Positions 1 to 10,174 of a DNA stretch of 64,000 nt are shown piece by piece. Both the position numbers and the translations under genes were made by a program. The notes beneath the pieces were generated by a model. That model worked only from the letters and a program-made list of their open reading frames with translations. It made no database searches and was not told where the DNA came from. The stretch lies in NCBI GenBank assembly GCA_963664705.1, contig OY761556.1, forward strand, positions 1,376,001 through 1,440,000. The letters are read 5' to 3'. Source of the stretch: Acidobacteriota bacterium (GTDB lineage: Bacteria > Acidobacteriota > UBA6911). Position 1 is the stretch's first letter. Each line of letters opens with the position of its first letter.

Positions 1-255
1 AACATACAATTGCGATTGCACCTCTCCCGTAGAACCCTTCGCAATTCGTAAATATCGGATGAAGATTCCCTTGGGACCGGATGCATATCCCTCCGCTATA
101 TTACTCATCGCACTTACCGCCGCTCGACGGATTTGATCCCTTAAGCCGAAATCCCGGGAGAAGCCTCCCTGGTTGGATAGATCATAAATCAGCTTTGTGA
201 GTTCGCGGGCGACTTGCCAGGCGTTGATGCTTTCGAAGGATATGATTTTTGACAT
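1..255 (-). CDS. Four-helix-bundle protein (23S rRNA IVP / Avd-like family), 3' end outside window
   Basis: Not in ORF track. Hand translation from ATG at 255: [57 protein letters not shown]...[18 protein letters not shown], with family hallmarks [23 protein letters not shown]. Confidence 0.9.
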   Translation of the reverse strand, partial: MSKIISFESINAWQVARELTKLIYDLSNQGGFSRDFGLRDQIRRAAVSAMSNIAEGYASGPKGIFIRYLRIAKGSTGEVQSQLYV

Positions 256-260
256 AAAAG

Positions 261-352
261 GATGTTGGACGTTAGGAACGTTAGACGTTGGACGTTAGGA
301 ACGTTAGACGTTGGACGTTTGAACGTTGCACGTTTGAACGTTGCACGTTGAA
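261..352 (+). repeat. ACGT-core degenerate tandem tract (ACGTTGG-type on +)
   Basis: gttggacgttaggaacgttagacgttggacg...; begins about 6 bp upstream of the four-helix-bundle ATG. Confidence 0.9.
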
Positions 353-400
353 ATGAATGTTTCTGCCGGACATAAATTATTTCACTAAAAAAGTAAAACC

Positions 401-506
401 TCCAACGTCTAACGTCCCAACGTCCAACGGTTTTATCGTCCAACGTCTAACGTCCCAACGTCCCAACGTCCAACGTCTAACGTTCCCCGTCCAACGTTCC
501 ACGTTT
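401..506 (-). repeat. ACGT-core tract (CCAACGT-type on +), inverted relative to 261-352
   Basis: tccaacgtctaacgtcccaacgtcc... Confidence 0.9.
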
Positions 507-527
507 TTATGTTATGCTGCAGACCTA

Positions 528-1517
528 ATGAAACGAACCTGGTCGCTTGTCATCAGCATCGCGCTGACCGCCGTGATCGGCTATGTGCTGTACCGCAGCG
601 TGCCCGACTGGGGGCAGGCTGTCTCGATCATGATTTCGGCGCGCCCGCAATGGTTCCTGGCCGGAATCTGCTTTGTCGGGCTCCACATGGTCATGCGCTC
701 GCTGCGCTGGAGCCTGCTGCTCCGCCCGGTCAAGAGCGGCATCCCGCTGAAGAGCTTTCTTTCGGTGACCATCATCAAATACGTCATCAACGTCATTCCG
801 CCGCGCGTCGGCGAAATTGCCGGATCGGTGCTGCTGGCGCGCAAGGAGAAGATCCCCTCCTCCTCGGCCATCGCCAGCTCTCTGTTCGAACGGGTGCTCG
901 ACGCGCTGGCCGTCCTGTCGATTTTCGGCTTTTACCTTTTCTTCTGCGCCGGATGGTATGCGCCGACTTCGAAGCGCGGGCGCGAGATTTTCGACACGAT
1001 CCGGACTTCGACGATGGTGGGGATGGCGGTGTTTGCCGTGCTGCTGATTCTTCTGCTGCTGTTCCTGCACAGCGAGCGCTGGCACAACCGTGTTCCGGGG
1101 ATCCTCCGGAAGCACGTCCTCTCGTTTGCCGACGGCCTGCGCTCGATCCAGAGCTGGCCGGCCGCGATCAAAGTCGGAGCGCTTTCGATCCTGATCTGGC
1201 TGTCGATCAGCGCGCAGCTCTGGTGCTTTACGCGCGCTTATCTCGATGATTTTCCGTTCACCGGCGCGCTCTTCATCATGGCAATCACGGTCGTCGGCGT
1301 GGCGATTCCTACGCCGGGCGGCGTGGGCGGATTCCAGTTTTTCATGGCGCTCGGGCTGATCCATTTCTTCCGCGCCTTTATCCCGGGCGTTGATCCGGAA
1401 TCGCAGGCGGGCGGCGTCAGCAACGGCGTTTACCTCATGTCGATGGGGCCGGTGATTTTACTCGGCCTTGTTCTTCTGCATCGCGAAGGAATTTCTCTGT
1501 CCGAATTAAAACGTTGA
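528..1517 (+). CDS. Lysylphosphatidylglycerol-synthase TM / UPF0104 flippase-like membrane protein
   Basis: Multi-TM protein with RSLRW, N.IPPRVGE, ERVLD and PTPGGVG motifs; start moved to MKRTW because the upstream extension is translated repeat. Confidence 0.85.
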   Translation: MKRTWSLVISIALTAVIGYVLYRSVPDWGQAVSIMISARPQWFLAGICFVGLHMVMRSLRWSLLLRPVKSGIPLKSFLSVTIIKYVINVIPPRVGEIAGSVLLARKEKIPSSSAIASSLFERVLDALAVLSIFGFYLFFCAGWYAPTSKRGREIFDTIRTSTMVGMAVFAVLLILLLLFLHSERWHNRVPGILRKHVLSFADGLRSIQSWPAAIKVGALSILIWLSISAQLWCFTRAYLDDFPFTGALFIMAITVVGVAIPTPGGVGGFQFFMALGLIHFFRAFIPGVDPESQAGGVSNGVYLMSMGPVILLGLVLLHREGISLSELKR

Positions 1518-1660
1518 ACGTTGGACGTTGGGACGTTGGACGTTGGGACGTTGAAACGTTGCACGTTACACGTTGAACGTTATAACGTTCCCTCGTCCAA
1601 CGTCTCAACGTCTAACGTCCAACGTTCCAACGTTCCAACGTTCCAACGTCCCAACGTTGA
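1508..1660. repeat. ACGT-core tract, G-rich half then C-rich half (imperfect hairpin)
   Basis: aaacgttgaacgttggacg... switches near 1580-1590 to ...tccaacgtctcaacg; includes the TGA of the upstream gene. Confidence 0.9.
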
Positions 1661-1764
1661 TCGTTCCGCGTTTCACGATTGCTATTACTAAATACCAATT
1701 TTATGTTTGGAACAGGTGGTTATCCTCCACCCGGAAGAATGCTATATTTTATGACAGGGTAGGG

Positions 1765-2424
1765 ATGGATATGGGAAATTACCAGTTGATTCTGGCAGAT
1801 GATCACGCGCTTTTCAGAGAAGGGTTGAAGCTGGTCTTAAGTCAAAAGCCCGAATTCCAGATCGCCGGCGAAGCCAGCGACGGGCTCGAGCTGCTCGGCA
1901 TGCTGAAACACGGCCCGCTGCCGGACCTGGTCATCCTGGATATTTCGATGCCGCGCCTGCGGGGCATCGAAGCGATCCGGGAGATCAAGACGATCTCGGA
2001 CAAAATCCGCATCATGGTTCTTACCATGCACAAAGATGAGCGGCTTCTTTGCGAGGCGTTCGTCGCCGGGGCGGACGGATATCTTTTGAAAGAGAATGTG
2101 ACGACGGAACTTTTTACCGCTTTGACGGCAGTGCTGAGCGGCCAGGGACACATTTCGTCGCTGATGAACAATGAATTGAAAGGGGCGTGGATCAACCTCT
2201 TCCGGCAGCAGAAGGTCGTAATGCCGGATGACAATCTTTCCACGCGCGAAAAGCAGGTATTGAAAATGGTCGCCGAAGGGGCGTCCAACAAGGAAATCGC
2301 CGATCAGCTGAACATCAGCGTGCGCACGGTGGATCACCACCGGGCGAGCTTGATAGAAAAGCTCCAGTTGAAGAGCACCGCCGAGCTGATCCGTTACGCG
2401 ATTTCAAAAGCTTATATTGATTAG
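1765..2424 (+). CDS. NarL/LuxR-family response regulator
   Basis: ILADDH, VILDISMP, LTMH, GYLLK receiver motifs; C-terminal LSTRE..VLKMVAEGASNKEIA HTH. Confidence 0.92.
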   Translation: MDMGNYQLILADDHALFREGLKLVLSQKPEFQIAGEASDGLELLGMLKHGPLPDLVILDISMPRLRGIEAIREIKTISDKIRIMVLTMHKDERLLCEAFVAGADGYLLKENVTTELFTALTAVLSGQGHISSLMNNELKGAWINLFRQQKVVMPDDNLSTREKQVLKMVAEGASNKEIADQLNISVRTVDHHRASLIEKLQLKSTAELIRYAISKAYID

Positions 2425-2528
2425 GCGGCGTTGCTCGCGCAAACACGCAACCGCAGCCGTAGATTCCTGATTTCCAATTCCCAATTCGAAGAGTACGGGG
2501 CTCCACTTCGAATAGAAAGAGTGGCCGA

Positions 2529-3011
2529 ATGCCCGGACCGTATCGCATTATCCTGACCGACAATCATGCTCCCCTCAGGAGCGCGGTAAAATCGCTCCTG
2601 GAAGAGTCGGGGGAGTACCTTGTCGTCGGAGAGGCGGGGGATGGAGCCCAGCTTCTGAAGCTGCTGCAGGACGGAGTCGAAGCGGATGCGCTGGTGCTGG
2701 ATCTGATGATGCCGGTCATGACCGGCGTCGAGGCCGCCGGCGAAATCCGGCGGCTGGGGTTCCCGATCGCGATCCTGGTGCTCACGATGCACCAGGAGAC
2801 CGAACTGCTGTGCCGCGCCTTCAAAGTCGGAGTCAATGGTTATGCCCTGAAGGACGGGATTGCCAGGGATCTGCTGCCGGGGCTGCGCGCCGTGATCGAA
2901 GGGAAGCTGTTTCTGTCGCCCGAAATCAAGGGCGAGTTGCCGGCGACGTGTACCGTTAAGAAGGTGGAAGGCAGTCTAATAGCTCTAGGTTTCGCCCACT
3001 GTACGGCGTGA
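2529..3011 (+). CDS. NarL-like receiver-only response regulator (no HTH)
   Basis: LVLDLMMP, VLTMH, GYALKD; ORF ends before an HTH. Confidence 0.8.
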   Translation: MPGPYRIILTDNHAPLRSAVKSLLEESGEYLVVGEAGDGAQLLKLLQDGVEADALVLDLMMPVMTGVEAAGEIRRLGFPIAILVLTMHQETELLCRAFKVGVNGYALKDGIARDLLPGLRAVIEGKLFLSPEIKGELPATCTVKKVEGSLIALGFAHCTA

Positions 3012-3012
3012 A

Positions 3013-3100
3013 TGAAACGTTAGACGTTGGACGATAAAACGTTGGACGTTGAAACGTTGGAACGTTGGACGTTGAACGTTGGGACGTTGGACGTTGGAAA
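3013..3100 (+). repeat. ACGT-core tract (G-rich on +)
   Basis: aaacgttagacgttggacgataaaacgttggacg... filling the gap between convergent stop codons. Confidence 0.9.
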
Positions 3101-3107
3101 GAGCGTA

Positions 3108-3356
3108 TCACGCCACTTCGGTTTTGGGCGCGCTCTTTATCAGAATACTGGGCTGATGATTCTGGTCCGGAACGGGCAAATTCATTTCCCTTAATGTATC
3201 CACGAATTCCTGCATATCGGACTTTGCCGTGCGAAGGCACTCTTCCAATGATCGGCCCGCACCCGTAAAACCGCCAAGGTCCGGCGAGTAAAAAGAGAAA
3301 AACTCAGGATCGCCGGTGGCCTCGATTACCAGAGAATACGGCAATTCGATTATCAT
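3108..3356 (-). CDS. hicB: HicB-family antitoxin (short form)
   Basis: YSLVIE..., PDLGGFTGAGRSLEECL, LPVP motifs; overlaps hicA stop. Confidence 0.8.
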   Translation of the reverse strand: MIIELPYSLVIEATGDPEFFSFYSPDLGGFTGAGRSLEECLRTAKSDMQEFVDTLREMNLPVPDQNHQPSILIKSAPKTEVA

Positions 3357-3550
3357 CTTCCCCCTCCACTCAATCCGGCTGCCCTTAAGATAGAATAGCA
3401 AGTCCCTGCCGGTACTTCCTTCGTGCCGTGGAAATCCACGCGGATCAGTTTCATATGGCCGGTTTTCCCATAGAAACGGATTGAACCACGTTCCTTAACC
3501 AGGTGGAATCCATTTCGTTCCAACAGCCGAACAAGCTCACTGAACTTCAT
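3353..3550 (-). CDS. hicA: HicA-family toxin
   Basis: MKFSELVRLLERNGF...RGSI...HGTKEVPAGTCYSILRAAGL; 65 aa, directly upstream of hicB. Confidence 0.8.
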   Translation of the reverse strand: MKFSELVRLLERNGFHLVKERGSIRFYGKTGHMKLIRVDFHGTKEVPAGTCYSILRAAGLSGGGR

Positions 3551-3644
3551 TATATCAACCCGTTCTAATGACGCAAAAGAACAAACGGAAGATCGCTGTT
3601 GTGAATGTTTCGGCGGCGGATTTTTCATTTCAGCAAATTTTCTT

Positions 3645-3749
3645 TGGACGTTGAACCGTTGGACGCTGGGACGTTGAACGTTGGACCTTGGACGTTGGAC
3701 GATGAACGTTGGACGTTGGACGATAAAACGTTGGACGTTGAGACGTTGA
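3645..3749 (+). repeat. ACGT-core tract (G-rich on +)
   Basis: ttggacgttgaaccgttggacgctgggacgttg... Confidence 0.9.
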
Positions 3750-3808
3750 TTTAGAATTAACCAACAATCTATAAAATGCCGATATAAAGATTTCTACAGG
3801 AGATATTT

Positions 3809-4225
3809 ATGTCGGAAACCGTAGCCTTTCTGAAAGCCTTGACTCCGGAGTCAAAGACCAGCCTGGGTGCGCCCCAGGTTCAGATTCATCGCTATCCCTA
3901 TCGCGTTGGCCGAGAAAGCCGCGAAGCGGGAGCTGCTGCGTTCCCGAATTCCCGCAGGCGCCAGGATTCCAGCCCCAACAACGAGCTTTACCTGCTGGAT
4001 GATGGCAAGATGCTGAATATCTCCCGGGAGCATTTCCAGATCGAACAGCGCCACGGAAACTTCTACATCGTGGACCGCAACAGCATGTGCGGAACGATTG
4101 TCGAAGGAGAGATTATCGGGCAGGGCCGGAATGGCGGCGCCAGGCAGCTCAACAATGGCGACGTCATAATCGTCGGCACCTCCGAATCCAAACAAGTCCT
4201 CAAATTCGTCACTTTGACGCCGTAA
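3809..4225 (+). CDS. Stand-alone FHA-domain protein
   Basis: RVGR, ISREHF, D.NS.CGT, LNNGDVIIVG; AGGAG RBS. Confidence 0.88.
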   Translation: MSETVAFLKALTPESKTSLGAPQVQIHRYPYRVGRESREAGAAAFPNSRRRQDSSPNNELYLLDDGKMLNISREHFQIEQRHGNFYIVDRNSMCGTIVEGEIIGQGRNGGARQLNNGDVIIVGTSESKQVLKFVTLTP

Positions 4226-4304
4226 CGTCCAACGTCCAAACGTCCAACGTTTCAACGTTCAACGTTCAACGTTCAACGTTCCAACGTTCAACGTTCCAAC
4301 GTCC
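4223..4304 (-). repeat. ACGT-core tract (C-rich on +)
   Basis: taacgtccaacgtccaaacg...; starts in the FHA stop codon. Confidence 0.9.
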
Positions 4305-4517
4305 GATGTCGGTTCACCTAACACCTTCTGTAAACGATATTTACAAAACATTCCCATGGGATTTATTTACATTAGATAGACAATTCTTTTCATTTTTCTA
4401 ACTCCACGCCGAAGGCTACTTACAGCCCCCAATTGCAAATTCCTTTCCCGCGCGATCCCGCTGGTCATTCTTTTGCCTATATCCAGGGCGAACCACACAT
4501 GGAGGTGTAATGTGCCT

Positions 4518-5054
4518 ATGCGAAAGCTATTCCTCACTATATTGATATGCGCCTTTGCTGCGCTTCCGGCCGCGGCCGACAGCTGGATGACGGTCTACGG
4601 CCCGGAGGGCGGGATCGTCGGGCAGGTCATCGCAACCGAAGCGGACAAGCAGGCCAACGGGACGGACTTCATTTACACGATCCCCGGCTTTGCCATCGAT
4701 GGCGATCAGTTCAGCAACTATACAACGCTCTACCCCAGCAATCCGGCCGTCATCAGCGACGTGTTCGGCATTGCCTTCACCAATGACGATTATTTTCTGA
4801 GTTTTTCCGCTGATTTTGCCGGCAACCCGGATCCGTTTTACTACGCCGATCTGGTCAGTTCCGATAATCAGAACTTTCTCAACGCCGGGCAGCCTTTTGA
4901 AGCCACGCAATACCTTTCACAGAGCTTGCAGGATCAGGGATACACGGCTTTTTATCAGTCGACTGCGGGTTCCCCTGTCCCGGAGCCGGGATCTCTGATC
5001 CTGCTTGGTAGCGGCATTGCCGGCATCTCGATCTTCCTGCGCAGGAAGCGGTAG
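4518..5054 (+). CDS. PEP-CTERM sorting-domain surface protein
   Basis: Signal peptide MRKLFLTILICAFAALPAAA; C-terminus VPEPGSLILLGSGIAGISIFLRRKR; GGAGG RBS. Confidence 0.92.
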   Translation: MRKLFLTILICAFAALPAAADSWMTVYGPEGGIVGQVIATEADKQANGTDFIYTIPGFAIDGDQFSNYTTLYPSNPAVISDVFGIAFTNDDYFLSFSADFAGNPDPFYYADLVSSDNQNFLNAGQPFEATQYLSQSLQDQGYTAFYQSTAGSPVPEPGSLILLGSGIAGISIFLRRKR

Positions 5055-5129
5055 CCGGAACTTCATAAATGATGAGGCCGGCGCCAGTCTGCGCTTGTCA
5101 GTCCGGAGGCGCATTCCTATAATCGGCGT

Positions 5130-6314
5130 GTGAAACCTATTGCTCTGGCGCTGGCTCTCATCCTGACCGTCCTCTCCGCTGTCATTGTCCTCACCGAAAC
5201 CTGTTATCGCGACGATCTCCGGGTGCAGCGGCGCCTGGCCCGCTATTCCGCTGTCGCCGACCAGCGCGTCCACGACGCGGCCGAGGCGCTGCGCGACAAG
5301 GGAACGCCCGCTGCGCTGAAGGAAGCGGTCGAGCTGTACCGCGACGTCCTTTCGAGAGACCGTGAAAATCCCTATCGCTGGTGCGACCTGGGACGCGCCC
5401 TGCAGGACTCGCAAAACACCGTGGAAGCCCGCCGCTGCTTTGAAGAGGCGGTCCGCCTCGGTCCGAACAACATCCAGACGCTGTCGCACGTCGTGGAATT
5501 CTACCTGGCGGTGCATCAGCCGAAGGAAGTCTTCCGCTATGCCGCGCGGATGCTCGACAAGGATCCCGGGAGCCGCGAAACCATCTTCTACCAGTACCTC
5601 CAGAAGGATCTCGATTTCGGGGACACCCTCCGATACGGCATTCCGGCAAACCAGCCGGTGGCGCAGGCATACATGCGCGCCCTCATTCGCAACGGCGATT
5701 CGGAGAAGGCGGGATTGGGATGGACCTGGCTGGCCTCCAAGGGCTACGCGGATGGAGCCATCGCCGGCGAATACGCCTCTTTCCTGATCCGGATCGGCGA
5801 TCCGGCCGGTGCGCGCAATGCCTGGATGGCTTGGGCCGGGACGCGCGGGCAGCCCAACCGGCTCTACAACCCCGGCTTCGAAGCGGAGCCGCTCCGCTCC
5901 CCCTTCGACTGGCAGCTGTCGCAGACCCGGGGCGTCGAAACCACACGGGATGAGTCGGTGCATCGGGAAGGGAAGTGGTCGCTTCGGGTGGAGTTTGACG
6001 GGAAGGAAAACGTGGCCTACGGCCACGCGAGTCAGTCGGTGTATCTGGAGGCGGGGAAGTATGTGCTGCGCGGATGGGTCCGGACGGAAGGGATTACGAC
6101 GGACAAAGGGATCGGACTGCGCGCCAACGGCTTTATGACCCGGCAGCTCACCGGAACCAATGACTGGACGCTGCTGGAGCAGGAGTTCGAGATGAAGGAG
6201 CCATCGCTGGTGCGGATCGAAGTGTTTCGACGGTCTTCGGAGCGCTTTGCCAACAAAATCGCCGGCATCGCCTGGATCGACGATCTATCCATTACGTTGA
6301 ACGTGGAACGTTGA
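5130..6314 (+). CDS. TPR protein with C-terminal carbohydrate-binding (CBM4/9-like) domain
   Basis: N-terminal TM, TPR-like PYRWCDLGRAL..ARRCFEEAVRLGP, NPGFE and WIDDLSI beta-sandwich motifs. Confidence 0.7.
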   Translation: MKPIALALALILTVLSAVIVLTETCYRDDLRVQRRLARYSAVADQRVHDAAEALRDKGTPAALKEAVELYRDVLSRDRENPYRWCDLGRALQDSQNTVEARRCFEEAVRLGPNNIQTLSHVVEFYLAVHQPKEVFRYAARMLDKDPGSRETIFYQYLQKDLDFGDTLRYGIPANQPVAQAYMRALIRNGDSEKAGLGWTWLASKGYADGAIAGEYASFLIRIGDPAGARNAWMAWAGTRGQPNRLYNPGFEAEPLRSPFDWQLSQTRGVETTRDESVHREGKWSLRVEFDGKENVAYGHASQSVYLEAGKYVLRGWVRTEGITTDKGIGLRANGFMTRQLTGTNDWTLLEQEFEMKEPSLVRIEVFRRSSERFANKIAGIAWIDDLSITLNVER

Positions 6315-6350
6315 ACGTTGGAACGTTGAAACGTTTAACGTTCCACGTTC
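6293..6350. repeat. ACGT-core tract spanning two convergent stop codons
   Basis: Both flanking proteins end in NVER* encoded by the repeat. Confidence 0.9.
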
Positions 6351-7252
6351 ATGTACCAAGCATAGGTTTCGGCGATACCTTTTTTTAAGTCGACACGGGG
6401 TTTCCATCCAATCGCCTGCAACCGCGAAACATCCAGCAGCTTGCGCGGCGTGCCGTCGGGCATGGATGAATCGAAGATCATCTCACCCTGGTATCCCACC
6501 GTTTCTTTTACGATCTCGCATAATTCCCGGATGGTGAGATCCTCGCCGGTCCCGACATTCATGATCTCCCCGGAATCGTAATGCTCCATCAGGAAGACGA
6601 GCGCGTCGGCGAGATCGTCGACGTGCAGGAACTCGCGCCGCGGCGTCCCTGTGCCCCAGACCGTGACGGCTTTTTCGCCCGCGAGCTTTGCCTCGTGAAA
6701 TTTCCGGATCAGCGCTGGAAGCACGTGCGACGTCTTCAGGTCGAAGTTGTCGCCGGGGCCATACAGGTTGGTCGGCATTGCGCTGACGGTTTTGAACCCG
6801 TGCTGCTGCCGGTAGGCCTGGCACATTTTGATTCCGGCGATTTTCGCCACGGCATACCACTCGTTGGTCGGCTCGAGCGATCCCGTCAGCAGGTATTCTT
6901 CCCTGATCGGCTGCGCCGCCATCTTGGGGTAAATGCAGGAGGAGCCGGTGAAGAGAAGCTTCTGTACTCCGTATTTCCATGCGGCGTGGATGACGTTCGC
7001 CTCGATCATGAGGTTTTCGTAGATGAACTCGGCGGGCCAGGTGCTGTTGGCGTAGATTCCGCCGACGCGTGCGGCGACGAGGTAGACCTGCTCCGGCCGC
7101 TCCCTGTCGAAGAAGGCGTTGACCGCGGCCTGGTCCCTAAGATCCAGTTCGTCGAGGGTGCGGACCAGCAGGTCGCAGCTCCCCTGCAGACGGCGCGTCA
7201 CCGCTGACCCCACCAATCCCGTATGTCCCGCCACATAAACCTTTGTCATCAT
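6335..7252 (-). CDS. fcl: GDP-L-fucose synthase
   Basis: [42 protein letters not shown]. Confidence 0.97.
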   Translation of the reverse strand: MMTKVYVAGHTGLVGSAVTRRLQGSCDLLVRTLDELDLRDQAAVNAFFDRERPEQVYLVAARVGGIYANSTWPAEFIYENLMIEANVIHAAWKYGVQKLLFTGSSCIYPKMAAQPIREEYLLTGSLEPTNEWYAVAKIAGIKMCQAYRQQHGFKTVSAMPTNLYGPGDNFDLKTSHVLPALIRKFHEAKLAGEKAVTVWGTGTPRREFLHVDDLADALVFLMEHYDSGEIMNVGTGEDLTIRELCEIVKETVGYQGEMIFDSSMPDGTPRKLLDVSRLQAIGWKPRVDLKKGIAETYAWYMNVER

Positions 7253-7263
7253 CCCTCAACATC

Positions 7264-7315
7264 CCCCGTCCCACATCCCAACGTCCAACGTCCCAACGTC
7301 CAACGTCCAACGTTC
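7264..7315 (-). repeat. ACGT-core tract between gmd and fcl
   Basis: cccaacgtccaacgtcccaacgtccaacg. Confidence 0.85.
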
Positions 7316-8356
7316 TTATACCGCCCTTAACCCGGCAATTTTATGCCCCGCACTGCGTAAAGTACATTCCTGCCTCGCTAACTCCATATCATGATCGACC
7401 ATCATTCGCACCAATTCCTTAAACCCGACCCTCGGTTCCCATCCCAGCTTGGTGCGGGCCTTGGACGCGTCCCCTTCAAGATGATCGACTTCGGTCGGCC
7501 GCAGGTAGCGCGGATCCATTTCGACATAAGGCTTCCAGTCGATGCCGGCATAGCCGAAGGCTTCGTCGAGCAGTTCCTGCACGGAATGCGTCTCCCCGGT
7601 CGCGATGACGTAATCGTCCGGCTCGGACTGCTGCAGCATGCGCCACATCGCCTCGACGTAATCACCGGCGAATCCCCAGTCGCGCTTGGCCTCCAGGTTG
7701 CCCATGAAGAGCTTGGCCTGCAGCCCGTTTTTGATCCGACCGACCGCCCGGGTGACTTTGCGGGTGACAAAAGTTTCGCCGCGGCGGGGCGACTCGTGAT
7801 TGAACAGGATGCCGTTGCAGATGAACAGTCCGTACGCCTCGCGGTAGTTGATACCGTACCAGTGGGCGGCGACTTTGCTGACGCCGTACGGGCTGCGCGG
7901 ATAAAAGGGAGTCTTCTCGCTTTGCGGCGCCGGTGCCGCGCCGAACATTTCGGACGACCCGGCCTGGTACAGGCGAATGCGCCACCCGCCCGTGCCGCAG
8001 ACGTCGCGCATGGCTTCGAGCAGGCGCAGCGTGCCGGTGGCGACGGTGTCGGCGGTGTACTCCGGCTGATCGAACGAGACGCGGACGTGCGACTGCGCGC
8101 CGAGGTTGTAGACCTCCTGCGGCTCGATTTTTTCCAGGATGCGGCGCAGGCTGGTGCCGTCGGTGAGGTCGCCGTAGTGGAGGAAGAGACGGCTGCCCAG
8201 TTCGTGCGGGTCGGCGTAAATTTCCTCGATGCGGTCGGTATTGAAGGTGCTGGTGCGCCGGATGATCCCGTGCACTTCGTAGCCTTTATCGAGCAGCAGC
8301 CGTGCCAGGTACGATCCATCCTGCCCGGTAATCCCCGTAATCAATGCTCTTTTCAT
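7316..8356 (-). CDS. gmd: GDP-mannose 4,6-dehydratase
   Basis: [41 protein letters not shown]. Confidence 0.97.
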   Translation of the reverse strand: MKRALITGITGQDGSYLARLLLDKGYEVHGIIRRTSTFNTDRIEEIYADPHELGSRLFLHYGDLTDGTSLRRILEKIEPQEVYNLGAQSHVRVSFDQPEYTADTVATGTLRLLEAMRDVCGTGGWRIRLYQAGSSEMFGAAPAPQSEKTPFYPRSPYGVSKVAAHWYGINYREAYGLFICNGILFNHESPRRGETFVTRKVTRAVGRIKNGLQAKLFMGNLEAKRDWGFAGDYVEAMWRMLQQSEPDDYVIATGETHSVQELLDEAFGYAGIDWKPYVEMDPRYLRPTEVDHLEGDASKARTKLGWEPRVGFKELVRMMVDHDMELARQECTLRSAGHKIAGLRAV

Positions 8357-8389
8357 AATCGTCACACCGGGAGCGCCGGTGTCCCTCCG

Positions 8390-10117
8390 AATGCTGCCTG
8401 CTATTTGCCCGAGGAGGCTGGGAGCGCGATGCATCTCAGCCCCACGTTATTTGCCCAAGGAATCTGGAAGCGCAATGCATCTCAGCCCCATGTTATTTGC
8501 CCAAGAAATCTGGAAGCGCGATGCATCCAGCCCCATGTTATTTGCCCAAGAAATCTGGAAGCGCAATGCATCTCCGCCCCATGCTATTTGCCCAAGAAAT
8601 CTGGGAGCGCGATGCATCCAGCCCCAGCGGGGCGGTCAGAACGTAGCCGGGGGTGAAGCGAAGCGAACCCCCGGATTGGATTAGGTTGGCAACAAGCCCT
8701 GAAAGGGGCGGCAGAATGCCGATGTTTCGCCCTTGCCGGGGCTCTTTCTCGTGCACATCGCTACCGGGGGTTCGCTTCGCTTCACCCCCGGCTACGATCT
8801 TTCGGCCCTCCGGGCCTTTGCTTCACCCTCGTCGCAGGGCTTAGAACCAATGGTAGGTCACATTGGCCGGAAGCCCAATGCCGCATGTTATTTGCCCAAG
8901 GAGGCTGGAAGCGCGATGCATCTCCGCCCCATGCTATTTGCCCAAGAAATCTGGGAGCGCGATGCATCCAGCCCCAGCGGGGCGGTCAGAACGTAGCCGG
9001 GGGTGAAGCGAAGCGAACCCCCGGATTGGATTAGGTTGGCAACAAGCCCTGAAAGGGGCGGCAGAATGCCGATGTTTCGCCCCTGCCGGGGCTCTTTCTC
9101 GTGCACATCGCTACCGGGGGTTCGCTTCGCTTCACCCCCGGCTACGTTCTTTCGGCCCTCCGGGCCTTTGCTTCACCCTCGTCGCAGGGCTTAGAACCAA
9201 TGGTAGGTCACATTGGCCGGAAGCCCAATGCCGCATGTTATTTGCCCAAGGAATCTGGAAGCGTGATGCATCTCAGCCCCACGTTATTTGCCCAAGGAGG
9301 CTGGAAGCGCAATGCATCTCCGCCCCATGCTATTTGCCCAAGAAATCTGGGAGCGCGATGCATCCAGCCCCAGCGGGGCGGTCAGAACGTAGCCGGGGGT
9401 GAAGCGAAGCGAACCCCCGGATTGGATTAGGTTGGCAACAAGCCCTGAAAGGGGCGGCAGAATGCCGATGTTTCGCCCTTGCCGGGGCTCTTTCTCGTGC
9501 ACATCGCTACCGGGGGTTCGCTTCGCTTCACCCCCGGCTACGATCTTTCGGCCCTCCGGGCCTTTGCTTCACCCTCGTCGCAGGGCTTAGAACCAATGGT
9601 AGGTCACATTGGCCGGAAGCCCAATGCCGCATGTTATTTGCCCAAGGAATCTGGAAGCGTGATGCATCTCAGCCCCACGTTATTTGCCCAAGGAGGCTGG
9701 AAGCGCAATGCATCCAGCCCCAGCGGGGCGGTCAGAAAGTAGCCGGGGGTGAAGCGAAGCGAACCCCCGGATTGGATTAGGTTGGCAACAAGCCCTGAAA
9801 GGGGCGGCAGAATGCCGATGTTTCGCCCTTGCCGGGGCTCTTTCTCGTGCACATCTCTACCGGGGGTTCGCTTCGCTTCACCCCCGGCTACGATCTTTCG
9901 GCCCTCCGGGCCTTTGCTTCACCCTCGTCGCAGGGCTTAGAACCAATGGTAGGTCACATTGGCCGGAAGCCCAATGCCGCATGTTATTTGCCCAAGGAAT
10001 CTGGAAGCGTGATGCATCTCAGCCCCAGCGGGGCGGTCAGAACGTAGCCGGGGGTGAAGCGAAGCGAACCCCCGGTAGAGACAAGTGGGAGCAAGAGCCC
10101 TGGCAGGGGCGAAAGAT
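8390..10117. repeat. Tandem array of REPIN-like units, each preceded by a variable number of 45-46 bp subrepeats
   Basis: GTAGCCGGGGGTGAAGCGAAGCGAACCCCCGG at 8643, 8993, 9389, 9739 and 10044 (spacings 350, 396, 350, 305); inverted copies about 120 bp downstream in the first four units. Confidence 0.92.
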
Positions 10118-10174
10118 CGGCATTCTGCCGCTGGGACGCCGGAGCTCCCAGGGCGGGCGCTCCCGGTGACAGCG

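Noticed and set aside
1-255. Diversity-generating retroelement suggested by the Avd-like gene
   Set aside because: No reverse transcriptase and no TR/VR pair seen in the window; sequence to the left is unknown.
189-527. ORF 189..443 and N-terminal extensions of 357..1517, 1573..2424 and 39207..39914
   Set aside because: They are translated ACGT tracts (QRPTSNV / WTLDV); better starts lie downstream.
3013-4304. Integron cassette array
   Set aside because: No IntI, no attC-like R/L box structure, and genes are in mixed orientation.
4518-5054. Complete PEP-CTERM/exosortase system
   Set aside because: Only the substrate is present; no exosortase was recognised in this window.
7391-8656. Long antisense ORFs (e.g. 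7391..8656, 11851..13233, 47046..48347, 60713..61957)
   Set aside because: Shadow frames of high-GC genes with clear families on the opposite strand.
8390-10117. CRISPR array
   Set aside because: Units are repeated in full with no unique spacers, and there are no cas genes; it fits REP/BIME-like tandem repeats.
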